64,000 nt of DNA, taken from IMG/VR virus record IMGVR_UViG_3300009152_000029; one strand, 5' to 3'. The translations under genes and the position numbers were made by a program. Source of the stretch: an uncultured virus (IMG/VR IMGVR_UViG_3300009152_000029). Its lineage: Duplodnaviria; Heunggongvirae; Uroviricota; Caudoviricetes. The notes beneath the pieces were generated by a model. It did not search any database. It was not told the DNA's origin and saw only the letters and a program-made list of their open reading frames with translations. Below, in pieces: positions 51,001 through 59,229 of the stretch (its first letter is position 1; the number at the start of each line of letters is the position of its first letter).

Positions 51001-53452
51001 GACTGCCCAAGGTCCGGGTACAGCACCTATATGGGCTGCAGTCCCTCCTTCAGCAGCATCCTCAGTAGCAGTTAGCAGTACCGTTGTTGATGCAGTCTTT
51101 TATCCAACAGTAATATCTGCAGCATCAGGTACAGGCTTAGGATTATCAACTGTAAATACCATCCAAATAAATCCAGCAAGAGGAACATTTGCTGCAGTAG
51201 GAATTTCTGCAGGGACAGCAATAACAGTAGTTGGAACGGCAGCAGCAATTAATACTACTACTGGAGCTCTGCAAGCAATTGGTGGAGTTGGCATAGGTGG
51301 GAGTTTGTATGTTGCGGGTGCTTCAAGATTTTCTTCTTCAATTGCAGCAATATCAAATGGAACTGGGGCTTTAACTGTCACAGGAGGAGCTGGGATTGGT
51401 GGAAGTCTTTACGTTGGTGATGCTTCTCGCTTTGAGTCAAATATCAATTCCACAACTCCTGGAGTAGGTGGTTTAATAGCGACAGGTGGAGTTGGAATTG
51501 GATTGTCTGTCAGCATTGGTGGCAGATTACAAATGTTCAACGGTAGTTTATATACTGCATTTGCAAGCGCTCAGTCTGGAGTTAACACTACATATATACT
51601 TCCACCAACATCCCCTTCTAGTGCTGGAGCTTCATTCTTGACATCTACACAAGCTGGTGTTATGGCTTGGGTGGCTGCTCCTGCTGGTGGTGGTGGTGGA
51701 TCCCCTTCAGGGTCTGTTGGCGATGTTCAATATAATTCTGGCACTGGAAATTTTGCTGCGTCATCGACTTTCAATTATGCAAACGCTACTGGAATGTTGA
51801 AAACCATAAATTATAACACTGGCAGTTCAACAAATTTTGCATTATTGATAGGAGAAAATAACTCTGTAAACTTTACAGGTTCTGCAACTGGAACACTTTT
51901 AGCCCTGAGTAATACATCATTGAATGGAGCTCAATATAACTTTATTGATGCAAAATTTGATAATGGTTCACCTCCATCTAATCTTTCAGTTTTCAAAGTG
52001 GATTATGTTGGCAAAACCACAGTTGCAGACCTTACCATTACTAGCTCTTCATATGCAACACGAACAAATAACAACACACTGACAACAAGCGCTTCACAAG
52101 CAGCCAATTTGACGTATACTCTTCCGCTTGCTTACCCTTCTGGAACTGGAACATCCTTTTTGTCTGCAAGTACCACTGGAGTTATGGCTTGGGTGGCTGC
52201 ACCATCAGGTGGCTCTTCTGGAGCAGGTTCAGGAACAGTAGCAATTCCTAATGCTCAATATTCAGTAGCATATTATGCAGGAACTGGTGCTTCAGTTTCT
52301 GGTTCTAATACATTTACAAACAATACTTCAACTGGAGTAGTAGAAATTACTCATACTACAGAGTCTACATCTACAACAACAGGCGCATTTCAAGTTGACG
52401 GTGGGGCTGGAATTGCAAAGAGTTTATTTGTTGGTACTACTTTATCTGTAGGAACAACCCCAAGCTATAACATTCCTAATAATCTAGCTTCATTTGTTTC
52501 TACTGTCAACTCATATAATCAACTTGTCATTCAAAATAAATCTAATGGTACTAGTGCATCAGCCAATTTAGTTGTCAATAATGATATAAGCACAGACGCT
52601 GCAAATTATGGTGAAATTGGTATGAACTCTAGTACCTTTACTGGTTCAGGAGCCTTATTTGCGCCAAATGCAACTTATTTGGCTGCTACAAGTGGGCCAT
52701 TAGTTTTGGGTACTACAACATCTCACCCAATAAGATTTGCCGTCAATAATGGTGCTACAGACACTATATACATTCACGAAGCTGGCACTGCAATTTCTGT
52801 ATTTACAAACTTTGATTTGAGAGCGCAGAATGATGTAAGATTTTTTAATGCTGACAACTCACGATACGCTGCTATTCAAGCTTCGAATGTTGCTACAAAC
52901 TATACATTATCTTTACCTACAGCTCCTGTCGGTAATGGATATTCAACAATATTAGTTGATACATCTGGAAATATGTTCTTTGCCCCTCTGGAGGGTGGAT
53001 TAGCAACTACATCTGTTACAGGCAATCGTGTTGTTCTAAGAAATAAAATGGAGCACCATGTTTGGATGGCAGCAGGATATACACCTTTGGCAGCCGGTCC
53101 AGATAACATAATTTACCTAATACCTGACTCTTCTGAAGATGGTGCTACGAAGCAAACTTTCATACTTACTGAATTTAATGTAAGGGTAGAAACACCATCT
53201 GCTGGCTCTTCAAGAATTCAACTTGAAAGATCTTCGACCGACACTGGAGCATTTACTCTTGCTGCTACAGGGTCAAGTTTAATTGGAGGTTCAGGTTTGA
53301 CCCTTTCTGGTGCAGGCATTTATGTGACTACAACTAACACATTTGTAGCAGGCACTTTTGTAACTTCAGGAAATCTTTTGAGATTGAACTTTAATTTATT
53401 GAATGCTACTCACGCCAACTTCTCAGTGTCATTTACATTAAACGAAGTTTAA
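48041..53452 (+). CDS. Large fibre-like protein (1803 aa)
   Basis: Many TGAL.V.GG.GIGGSL repeats; N-terminal module shared with internal repeats of the 2722-aa protein. Confidence 0.8.
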   Translation: MANSDKNIRITTSKNKTTYPNIVFTGSAAGSSVITLEVLDDNTLSFTSNEGQVFSIDSNLSSGTIWAVSDISGVPLLSSSAGGTVGLAVYGGIVGIGQTNPIYKLDLKGSFGLASSNDGLYNFIFSNSAVSGSNSLSIRSANSLLLYNSGNTFYTGFKSNAATNITYTLPTTDGSSGQFLQTNGSATLTWATATGSGGTGSTAGVGQGGQYEMAYYPGTGLSVIGSNTFTNNTVTGVVSITHATVATDSSTGAFKVTGGVGIGGSLYVGGIGASITGVTFSNSTITRGTWNGTAISTTYGGTGQNLGSSSGVLTISSGTVSASTTSSAILSAITDETGSGVLVFNTQPSFGTGVTTGDATFAVFNTNATTINAFGAATAMNIGAATGKATFNSTDNSISSTTGGLVVSGGAGFAKSISVAGRLQLLNGANVTAFVSSGTGNTVYTLPATTPATGSSVLQSTAEGVMSWVPMVASSSSGAGSGTVAIPNAQHSVAYYAGTGASVSGSATFTNNTSTGVVNISHATVSTTSATGALTVSGGVGIGGSLYVGGIGASISGLSVIQGVVNQGTWAGSTITAFYGGTGFNTYTKGDILVGFGNTFIRQGVGSDNFVLTASATSPSGVTWVAVPASAASSVAVISTVLDQVFYPTVVSAVSGAGLGLSTVPFIQINPARGTFAAVGISAGTAITVVGNAVASSTTTGALQVIGGVGIGGSLFVGSASRFSATNVASSSGTGALTVSGGVGIGGSLYVASASQFESSVASINVGSGALVVTGGVGIGGSINAGGASRFSSTATAISIGTGALTVTGGAGIAGSLYVGEASRFTSSIASLNSGTGALTVTGGVGIGGSLNVALPSEFEATTAAIDVGSGALVVTGGVGIGGSVFAGGASRFTSSASSISSGTGALTVTGGVGIGGSVFTSTSVPSSISGVVLNNGLVTVGTWSGSTITSFYGGTGFNTYAVGDILYAATATSLGKLPSGSTNQVLTAQGPGTAPIWAAVPPSAASSVAVSSTVVDAVFYPTVISAASGTGLGLSTVNTIQINPARGTFAAVGISAGTAITVVGTAAAINTTTGALQAIGGVGIGGSLYVAGASRFSSSIAAISNGTGALTVTGGAGIGGSLYVGDASRFESNINSTTPGVGGLIATGGVGIGLSVSIGGRLQMFNGSLYTAFASAQSGVNTTYILPPTSPSSAGASFLTSTQAGVMAWVAAPAGGGGGSPSGSVGDVQYNSGTGNFAASSTFNYANATGMLKTINYNTGSSTNFALLIGENNSVNFTGSATGTLLALSNTSLNGAQYNFIDAKFDNGSPPSNLSVFKVDYVGKTTVADLTITSSSYATRTNNNTLTTSASQAANLTYTLPLAYPSGTGTSFLSASTTGVMAWVAAPSGGSSGAGSGTVAIPNAQYSVAYYAGTGASVSGSNTFTNNTSTGVVEITHTTESTSTTTGAFQVDGGAGIAKSLFVGTTLSVGTTPSYNIPNNLASFVSTVNSYNQLVIQNKSNGTSASANLVVNNDISTDAANYGEIGMNSSTFTGSGALFAPNATYLAATSGPLVLGTTTSHPIRFAVNNGATDTIYIHEAGTAISVFTNFDLRAQNDVRFFNADNSRYAAIQASNVATNYTLSLPTAPVGNGYSTILVDTSGNMFFAPLEGGLATTSVTGNRVVLRNKMEHHVWMAAGYTPLAAGPDNIIYLIPDSSEDGATKQTFILTEFNVRVETPSAGSSRIQLERSSTDTGAFTLAATGSSLIGGSGLTLSGAGIYVTTTNTFVAGTFVTSGNLLRLNFNLLNATHANFSVSFTLNEV

Positions 53453-53469
53453 TTTTTTATAATAATATT

Positions 53470-54993
53470 ATGAAAACTCGAATTGTATCTGTCAGAATAC
53501 CTGCAGCTCAAGCAAGTGGTACATTTAACATTAGTTTGCCAACAGGATTTGGAGTTCCTAAAGGTTACTTAGTTTACGCTCAAGATAATTTTGTACAACC
53601 TGATAACTTTGATTCTACTACTGACTTTCCTTGTTTTTCAGTTGGTTTTGGTGGTAGTAATATAGCAGGTACAGGTCTTACAAATGCTTGCGTTTGGACA
53701 AGCAATGAGGAAGCTGCAGACCCTGTAGTAAGTAGAGCAAGTTTCGGTAATACAGTTTCAATATTTACAACAAATACTGCACAGACTATCAGAAGACAGT
53801 GGCAGCTAACAGGATTTGCTCAAGATACTATTTTAGGCACATATCAAGGTGTTGGCACTCAGCAAACACCATTAGATGCAGTATTTACAGTTTTTGCAGG
53901 AGATGACTTCACTTGTGCAGTTGGACAAACCGTAGTTCCACCTCCAGCAAATACAAGAACGGTCGTGGGAACAACATTTCAGCCAGATGCTATTTTATAT
54001 TCTCATATACGTCCTGCTCAAACAACAGATGGGCAATTACATTTTGGAGCAGCTGTAAGAATAGCTTCTACGGGCGGTTCTTTTGTTACATCTCAAGTAG
54101 GTGCTATCTGGAGGAATGTAGACGATGGTGGTGGTAATAGCGCAGTAACAACAAGAATCTCTGACGATGGCAGCTTGACTTTAGCTTCAACATCAAGTGT
54201 TAAATTTCAAACAATGTTTGATACTGGTTTTGCAGTGACACAAAGTTCAGCGAATACTGGACACTCAATAATTTTTTTAGCTATGACTGCTGGTTTTGGT
54301 CGTACTTTGGATCCATCTTTTGCAGCTGGAACATTCCAATCTCCAACGGGCACTGCTACAACATCAAGCTCTTATGGTGTTGGATTCAAGCCCTGTCATG
54401 TATTGGGTTGTTTTTCTCACTCCAATACTCTCAACACTACAAACACAGCAGCTAATAATGGTTGTGAAGTGATGTCATTTTTTACAGCAAATGGTTTGGG
54501 TGGAAAAAACATTACAGGAACAGGTACTATTACATCTAACACGGCTAATACTTCTGTAAGTGGTACAGGCACATCTTTTCTTTCAGAGTTAGGTGCCACA
54601 GACACTTTGTATGATAGCAATTTTCGTCTTGTTGGAGTTGTTAGTTCAATTACTTCTAATACAGCACTTCTTTTACAATCTAATGCTACTACGACTGTAA
54701 CAAGTGCAACGTATGAATTTCAAAAATCGCAACAATTTTCTTTATCTTATGGAAACGTTGACAACAACACTAACGGAAATGATGCAATGAGAGGAAGAGT
54801 TTCTACTAATGGTATTGTGAGTTTTACTGCTACAACTCCAACGCTTCAAGCAGTAGGTGATATACAAAACTTTACTGGAGAAAATGGTTTTACAGTAACC
54901 TATACAACTCTTGCTAATGGCGCTAGATACGGTTGGTTTTTAGCCATAAGAGACGAAGACTTTTACTTTAGACGAAGAGTTATAAACACCTAA
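53470..54993 (+). CDS. Putative virion structural/tip protein (507 aa)
   Basis: Beta-rich; repeated FQPDAI / GVGFKPCHV motifs; VSGTGTSFLSEL module. Confidence 0.6.
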   Translation: MKTRIVSVRIPAAQASGTFNISLPTGFGVPKGYLVYAQDNFVQPDNFDSTTDFPCFSVGFGGSNIAGTGLTNACVWTSNEEAADPVVSRASFGNTVSIFTTNTAQTIRRQWQLTGFAQDTILGTYQGVGTQQTPLDAVFTVFAGDDFTCAVGQTVVPPPANTRTVVGTTFQPDAILYSHIRPAQTTDGQLHFGAAVRIASTGGSFVTSQVGAIWRNVDDGGGNSAVTTRISDDGSLTLASTSSVKFQTMFDTGFAVTQSSANTGHSIIFLAMTAGFGRTLDPSFAAGTFQSPTGTATTSSSYGVGFKPCHVLGCFSHSNTLNTTNTAANNGCEVMSFFTANGLGGKNITGTGTITSNTANTSVSGTGTSFLSELGATDTLYDSNFRLVGVVSSITSNTALLLQSNATTTVTSATYEFQKSQQFSLSYGNVDNNTNGNDAMRGRVSTNGIVSFTATTPTLQAVGDIQNFTGENGFTVTYTTLANGARYGWFLAIRDEDFYFRRRVINT

Positions 54994-55817
54994 TGAAAGT
55001 TGCTTCTGTTCAACTTAATCTTAAATATTGTTTTTCTCAAAAATCTTTTCAATATTACATAGAAAAACAAGTTTTTGAAAATTTGCTTATAAAACCTGAT
55101 ATTATATGCTTCCCAGAAAATATAAATTATTGTTTATTGTTTGCAAAGCAAGAAAAAATATCATCACTAAACATCAAAAATAATTTTGAATCTTTATTTG
55201 ATAAAGTTATTTCAAAGTTAGATTTATCTTTTATTTTAAGATTGTTTAATATCAAAAATCAAGAAAAAATTATTTTGCAAACTATGTCAAATCTTGCAAA
55301 AAAATATAATGTTCATATAGTTTCAGGAACATATTATGAAAAAAGATATGATGGTATTTATAACTCTCAGACACTAATAGATTCTAATGGAGATGTTGTA
55401 GGCAAAGCTTCAAAAAAATATCTTGTTGGATTTGAAAAAGCTCTTAGATTACAAACACAATACGAGCCTATTGTTTTAGAGACAAGATTTGGTGAAGTAG
55501 GGCTATGTGTTTGTTACGACTTAAATGATGCTTATTATATTAGTAAATTTAAAAAAGAAGGAGCAGTAATTTTATTTGCTCCTTCTAATGGATGGCGCCC
55601 TTTCCCAGGATATCCTTTTGATTACAATAAAGAAACTCCTCAGATACAAAGGGCTAAAGAAAATGGTTTTACAATAGTCAGGCCATATTGTGCTGGATGG
55701 ATGTTTCCCCTATATTTTCAAGGACATTCTCAAATTGTTGATGCTACAGGAAGAGTTATTGCTGCTTCGTTGACTAAGAATAAAACAGAAGTATTGATTG
55801 CAGAGTTAGTAAGGTAA
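54993..55817 (+). CDS. Carbon-nitrogen hydrolase (nitrilase superfamily)
   Basis: KVASVQ, DIICFPE (Glu), SKKYL (Lys), GLCVCYDL (Cys), GHSQIVD. Confidence 0.85.
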   Translation: MKVASVQLNLKYCFSQKSFQYYIEKQVFENLLIKPDIICFPENINYCLLFAKQEKISSLNIKNNFESLFDKVISKLDLSFILRLFNIKNQEKIILQTMSNLAKKYNVHIVSGTYYEKRYDGIYNSQTLIDSNGDVVGKASKKYLVGFEKALRLQTQYEPIVLETRFGEVGLCVCYDLNDAYYISKFKKEGAVILFAPSNGWRPFPGYPFDYNKETPQIQRAKENGFTIVRPYCAGWMFPLYFQGHSQIVDATGRVIAASLTKNKTEVLIAELVR

Positions 55818-56417
55818 TCTCACTACACCACCAAATAAACCAAGAGATGAGATGCTTCTTTGTTTCATATAAACACCTTGCCCATCTCTATCAACAACAT
55901 CTCTCAAACCAGAAGATGTATTACCTTCAACAGTTTTAAAATCATTATTAGAAGTAGCATCAACAACAATTCCAGTGTGAGCAATTCTTCCTTTTGCAGC
56001 GAAGAAATAAAATACAATATCGCCTTCTTGAATTCTTGCTCTACCTAACTCAAGATCAGCTCTTTTAATCCACAAACTTTTCTTCTTACCAAAATTAGAA
56101 AAAACTACTGTGCTTCCTGTTCTTGGCATTTCATTTGGAATTGTAAGTGCTAATGAATGAGCAGCTTTAATTAATCTTAAAACTACAAAAGCCATACACC
56201 AAGGATTGCCAGCCCCAAGACCAACAGCAGAAAGATATCGTTCTACAAAAGTTCCTGAATTAGCACCATCTTCTCTTACACTTAATACTTCTTTCGCACA
56301 AGCATCAACAGCAGCTTTCTTGCTAATAGGGCCTGGTGTCTTTACTGCTAAGCTTGAAAAATCATTAAATTTGTCTGTTGATAATAACTTCCAAAAAAAT
56401 TGTTTAACTTGATTCAT
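55806..56417 (-). CDS. CHAP-domain cell-wall amidase/peptidase (candidate endolysin)
   Basis: NPWCMAFV, GDIVFY, HTGIV, TVEGNTS. Confidence 0.85.
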   Translation of the reverse strand: MNQVKQFFWKLLSTDKFNDFSSLAVKTPGPISKKAAVDACAKEVLSVREDGANSGTFVERYLSAVGLGAGNPWCMAFVVLRLIKAAHSLALTIPNEMPRTGSTVVFSNFGKKKSLWIKRADLELGRARIQEGDIVFYFFAAKGRIAHTGIVVDATSNNDFKTVEGNTSSGLRDVVDRDGQGVYMKQRSISSLGLFGGVVRLPY

Positions 56418-56620
56418 TTTGTTTTATTCTCCTGATTAACAATTTCTTTATAATCGTCCTGCATATCTTTGTTTGGGGTTGTTTCTTTCACAACAAATCC
56501 AGGAATTTTGTCAAGAAATTTCATAAGTTCTAAACATTCTTTTCCAGATGTACCTTTAGGCTCAACTTCAACTTTTCCATCTTTACCAATCTTGATATTA
56601 AGTTCTACTTCTTTTGCCAT
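56414..56620 (-). CDS. DUF2997-like protein
   Basis: IKIGKDGKVEVEPKGTSGKECLEL pattern; adjacent to a DUF1257-like gene. Confidence 0.75.
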   Translation of the reverse strand: MAKEVELNIKIGKDGKVEVEPKGTSGKECLELMKFLDKIPGFVVKETTPNKDMQDDYKEIVNQENKTK

Positions 56621-57045
56621 TAGATTATTTTTCTTGCAACTATTTCCATTTCAGACATAGTTCGTTTCAAGAATTCCTCATCATTTATATTTACTTTAAT
56701 CTTGAATCCATTTTTGGCTAATGCTTTTTCCAGAGCAACTTTTACATATGCTTGAATAATTCTTTGATCCATAATTTTTGCTTTATCATAATCTGAAAGA
56801 ATAAAGTCATATTTCTGCTCTTTTTCATTCCAGAAAAATCCAATGTCGTTAGATGCACCAGTGAACTTATTGACTTGGTCTCTTGGGATAATAATATGGG
56901 CAACTTCTTTCCGATCATCACCCCTATAACCTTTTAAGTTTTTTGGCTCATTCAAAACATCAGGATAAAAACCAAGAAGACTTAATGCTTCTAATAAACA
57001 TTCTTTATCAACAATTTCACATTCAATCTTCTTATATGCAGACAT
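56620..57045 (-). CDS. DUF1257 (Ycf35-like) protein
   Basis: MSAY..I...I.D...L..AL..LGF, L.GYRGD, NDIGF.W....YD...D, QAY...A..K.GF. Confidence 0.75.
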   Translation of the reverse strand: MSAYKKIECEIVDKECLLEALSLLGFYPDVLNEPKNLKGYRGDDRKEVAHIIIPRDQVNKFTGASNDIGFFWNEKEQKYDFILSDYDKAKIMDQRIIQAYVKVALEKALAKNGFKIKVNINDEEFLKRTMSEMEIVARKII

Positions 57046-57347
57046 TATAGTTCTTCTTCTTCATCACCAGCAATTAGATTTGTAGTAATCCACTCAATGC
57101 TATCCATAAGTGCATTTCTCAATCTAATTAATCCGGCTACTGCAATTCCGTGTCCTTCATTAATGTTAGTCACTAAATCATAGCCTTCTAAAATAACATC
57201 AGTAGAATCGTGCATCTTTACCAATCTCTCCAAAAATGTTTCTGGATCCATAGCAAGAATAATTTTTCTATTTTCTTCAAATTGTTTTTGAAGTTCTAAT
57301 TGCTGTTCTTCGTCTAAATCTTCGTAGTTCATATTAGGATTGTACAA
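57045..57347 (-). CDS. Hypothetical acidic protein
   Basis: ~95-100 aa ORF coupled to the DUF1257-like gene; start may be ATG at 57332. Confidence 0.55.
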   Translation of the reverse strand: MYNPNMNYEDLDEEQQLELQKQFEENRKIILAMDPETFLERLVKMHDSTDVILEGYDLVTNINEGHGIAVAGLIRLRNALMDSIEWITTNLIAGDEEEEL

Positions 57348-57370
57348 TTTATGATATAGAGGATAATAGA

Positions 57371-57736
57371 ATGAATAATGTTTTTGCTATCTTAGGCTGT
57401 TTGTGTATTGTTTTATCGCCAGTAGAATCTTTTTCTCGGCCTGCTCAGCCAATCTTTCAAGTTGACGAAAAACCAAAAAAAGAAATTTTGATTAGTTTAA
57501 ATTCAACATATTACAGAAATGCCAAGGAAGTTATTGAAGGTTTTTTCAAGCAAGCTAATATAAGAAATAAATATATTGACAGTTCATTGGATAAGCTAGA
57601 TAAGAAGAATTTCAGTTTTGTTGATTTTACTCTTGACGAAGCAATAGGGTACTTATCATCAAAATACAATGTAACATTTACTGTCGAAACAATTGGCAAG
57701 AAAAAAATATATAACGTGGAGCCTAAGAAAAAATGA
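57371..57736 (+). CDS. Exported protein, STN/secretin N0-like
   Basis: Signal peptide; EVIEGFFKQANI...FSFVDFTLDEAIGYL resembles the neighbouring STN-like domain. Confidence 0.5.
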   Translation: MNNVFAILGCLCIVLSPVESFSRPAQPIFQVDEKPKKEILISLNSTYYRNAKEVIEGFFKQANIRNKYIDSSLDKLDKKNFSFVDFTLDEAIGYLSSKYNVTFTVETIGKKKIYNVEPKKK

Positions 57737-58389
57737 AAAAGTTATTTGCTCTCTTAGTCCTTTTAGTGATTTGTTCAGTCTCTTTTGCGCAATCTAATAT
57801 AACAATGGAGTTAAAAGATGCGCCAGTAAGAACAAGCTTGGAAATGATTTTTAAACAAGCTGGAATCAAAAGTTATGTCATTGAAAACTCTGTGTCTGGT
57901 GTAATTTCAATGAATCTTTCAGAACAACCATTTGAAAATGCTCTCAAATTAGTTATGAGAGCAAATACAATTCCCCTTACATATACTAAAGAAAATGATG
58001 TTTATATTGTAAAGAGTAGAAAAATAGTAATAGGACCAAACCCAGAGCCTACTAATTATTCTGACTTAATTATAGAAACAAAAACTTCTAGAGCTTGGGA
58101 AAAAATTCATTTAAATTATATAGATCCATTTGATTTACAAGCAGTTTTGGGTAATATATTATTTATTAATCAATTTAGTAGATATACAGGTGGAATGAAT
58201 GGAATGGGCACAGGTGGCTTTGGTGGGGCTGGCGGTTTTGGGAACGGCGCTATGGGAGGCAATGGAGGCTTTGGAATGGGCGCTGGTAACGGAATGGGCG
58301 GAGGAGCAATGGGGGGCTTTGGCGGTATGATGGGAAGTCAAGGTGGATTCTCTGGTAATGGTGGATTTGGCGGAGGAAGAAATTTCTAA
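57733..58389 (+). CDS. Exported secretin-N-domain-like protein with Gly-rich tail (no secretin barrel)
   Basis: Signal peptide (SFA/Q); ITMELKDAPVRTSLEMIF...VSGVISMNLSEQPFENALKLV...YTKENDVYIV (PilQ/GspD N0-like); KIHLNYIDP; GGFG/GGMG tail. Confidence 0.7.
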   Translation: MKKLFALLVLLVICSVSFAQSNITMELKDAPVRTSLEMIFKQAGIKSYVIENSVSGVISMNLSEQPFENALKLVMRANTIPLTYTKENDVYIVKSRKIVIGPNPEPTNYSDLIIETKTSRAWEKIHLNYIDPFDLQAVLGNILFINQFSRYTGGMNGMGTGGFGGAGGFGNGAMGGNGGFGMGAGNGMGGGAMGGFGGMMGSQGGFSGNGGFGGGRNF

Positions 58390-58667
58390 TGTCTCATTTT
58401 TATAGGCAAAAAAGTTATTCTTTTCTTGAAACTGATGAAATGATAACACAAATCAAAAAAGAAATGTCAAATTATCTCACTAAAGAAGAAGCTGAACTCA
58501 TTATAAATAGAAGAAATGCAATAGTTGATCCAGCACCCTATAGAATGAATGAAGAAGTAGGAGCTTTACATAGAGAGTTAGCTGATTTAAGAAAAGAAAT
58601 CTATTTCTTGAGAACTTATGTAAACGAACATATCAAAAAAACTGAAGTTGAAGAACCTACAATATAA
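58389..58667 (+). CDS. Hypothetical coiled-coil protein
   Basis: 92 aa, TAATG-coupled. Confidence 0.6.
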   Translation: MSHFYRQKSYSFLETDEMITQIKKEMSNYLTKEEAELIINRRNAIVDPAPYRMNEEVGALHRELADLRKEIYFLRTYVNEHIKKTEVEEPTI

Positions 58668-59206
58668 TGTCAAAACACGTAGTTTTTCAGCCTGTGGATT
58701 TAGGAGATGACGAGGTAAAAGATACTGTCCTTTGGTCTGCTACTTTTCATATTCATCCAGATATTGAGCCAACACTTCCAGAAGAAATGTTGGCTCTTGT
58801 CAAAAATAAAAACTCTATAAATTATCCTTTGGCATATTGGCAAAAAGAGTTCACTAATCTTGGGTTTGTTCTGGATATGGATTTTCCTTTTTGTAAAGAA
58901 TATGCTTGGGATTTTATATTGCCTGATGCAGTAAGGATCACAATCCAAGCAAAAGATCTCAATACAAATTTTAATCAAATTATAATTCCAAAAAATATTG
59001 CTAGAGATATTTTAAACGAAATGAAACTCCCAATGTTTGGAAAAATGCATCCAGAAAAGTTTCATAAAAAGTTAGTGCAGTTTATAGATTTGTCACAAAA
59101 TGATACAGCTCTTGTTGAAAATATATTTGAAGCATTAACTGAATTAGAGGATCTTTGTACTGAATGTATCTCTTATGAAAGTTTTATTGAATGGAAGGTT
59201 AGTTAG
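58667..59206 (+). CDS. Hypothetical protein
   Basis: 179 aa, TAATG-coupled. Confidence 0.6.
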   Translation: MSKHVVFQPVDLGDDEVKDTVLWSATFHIHPDIEPTLPEEMLALVKNKNSINYPLAYWQKEFTNLGFVLDMDFPFCKEYAWDFILPDAVRITIQAKDLNTNFNQIIIPKNIARDILNEMKLPMFGKMHPEKFHKKLVQFIDLSQNDTALVENIFEALTELEDLCTECISYESFIEWKVS

Positions 59207-59222
59207 TCTTTTCATAGAATAA
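59195..59222 (+). promoter_or_regulatory. Candidate phage promoter motif AAGG-N18-GAATA
   Basis: Upstream of the 59230-SOD-ferritin-like operon. Confidence 0.5.
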
Positions 59223-59229
59223 AAATATT

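Noticed and set aside
33810..53452. Diversity-generating retroelement acting on LamG or fibre genes
   Set aside because: No reverse transcriptase in the window, and no non-coding template repeat seen. The near-identical repeats I compared (for example ~49636 vs ~50245) are both coding and differ at synonymous positions, not specifically at adenines.
57733..58389. Functional type II secretion or type IV pilus secretin
   Set aside because: Lacks the C-terminal secretin barrel, and no other secretion genes are nearby.
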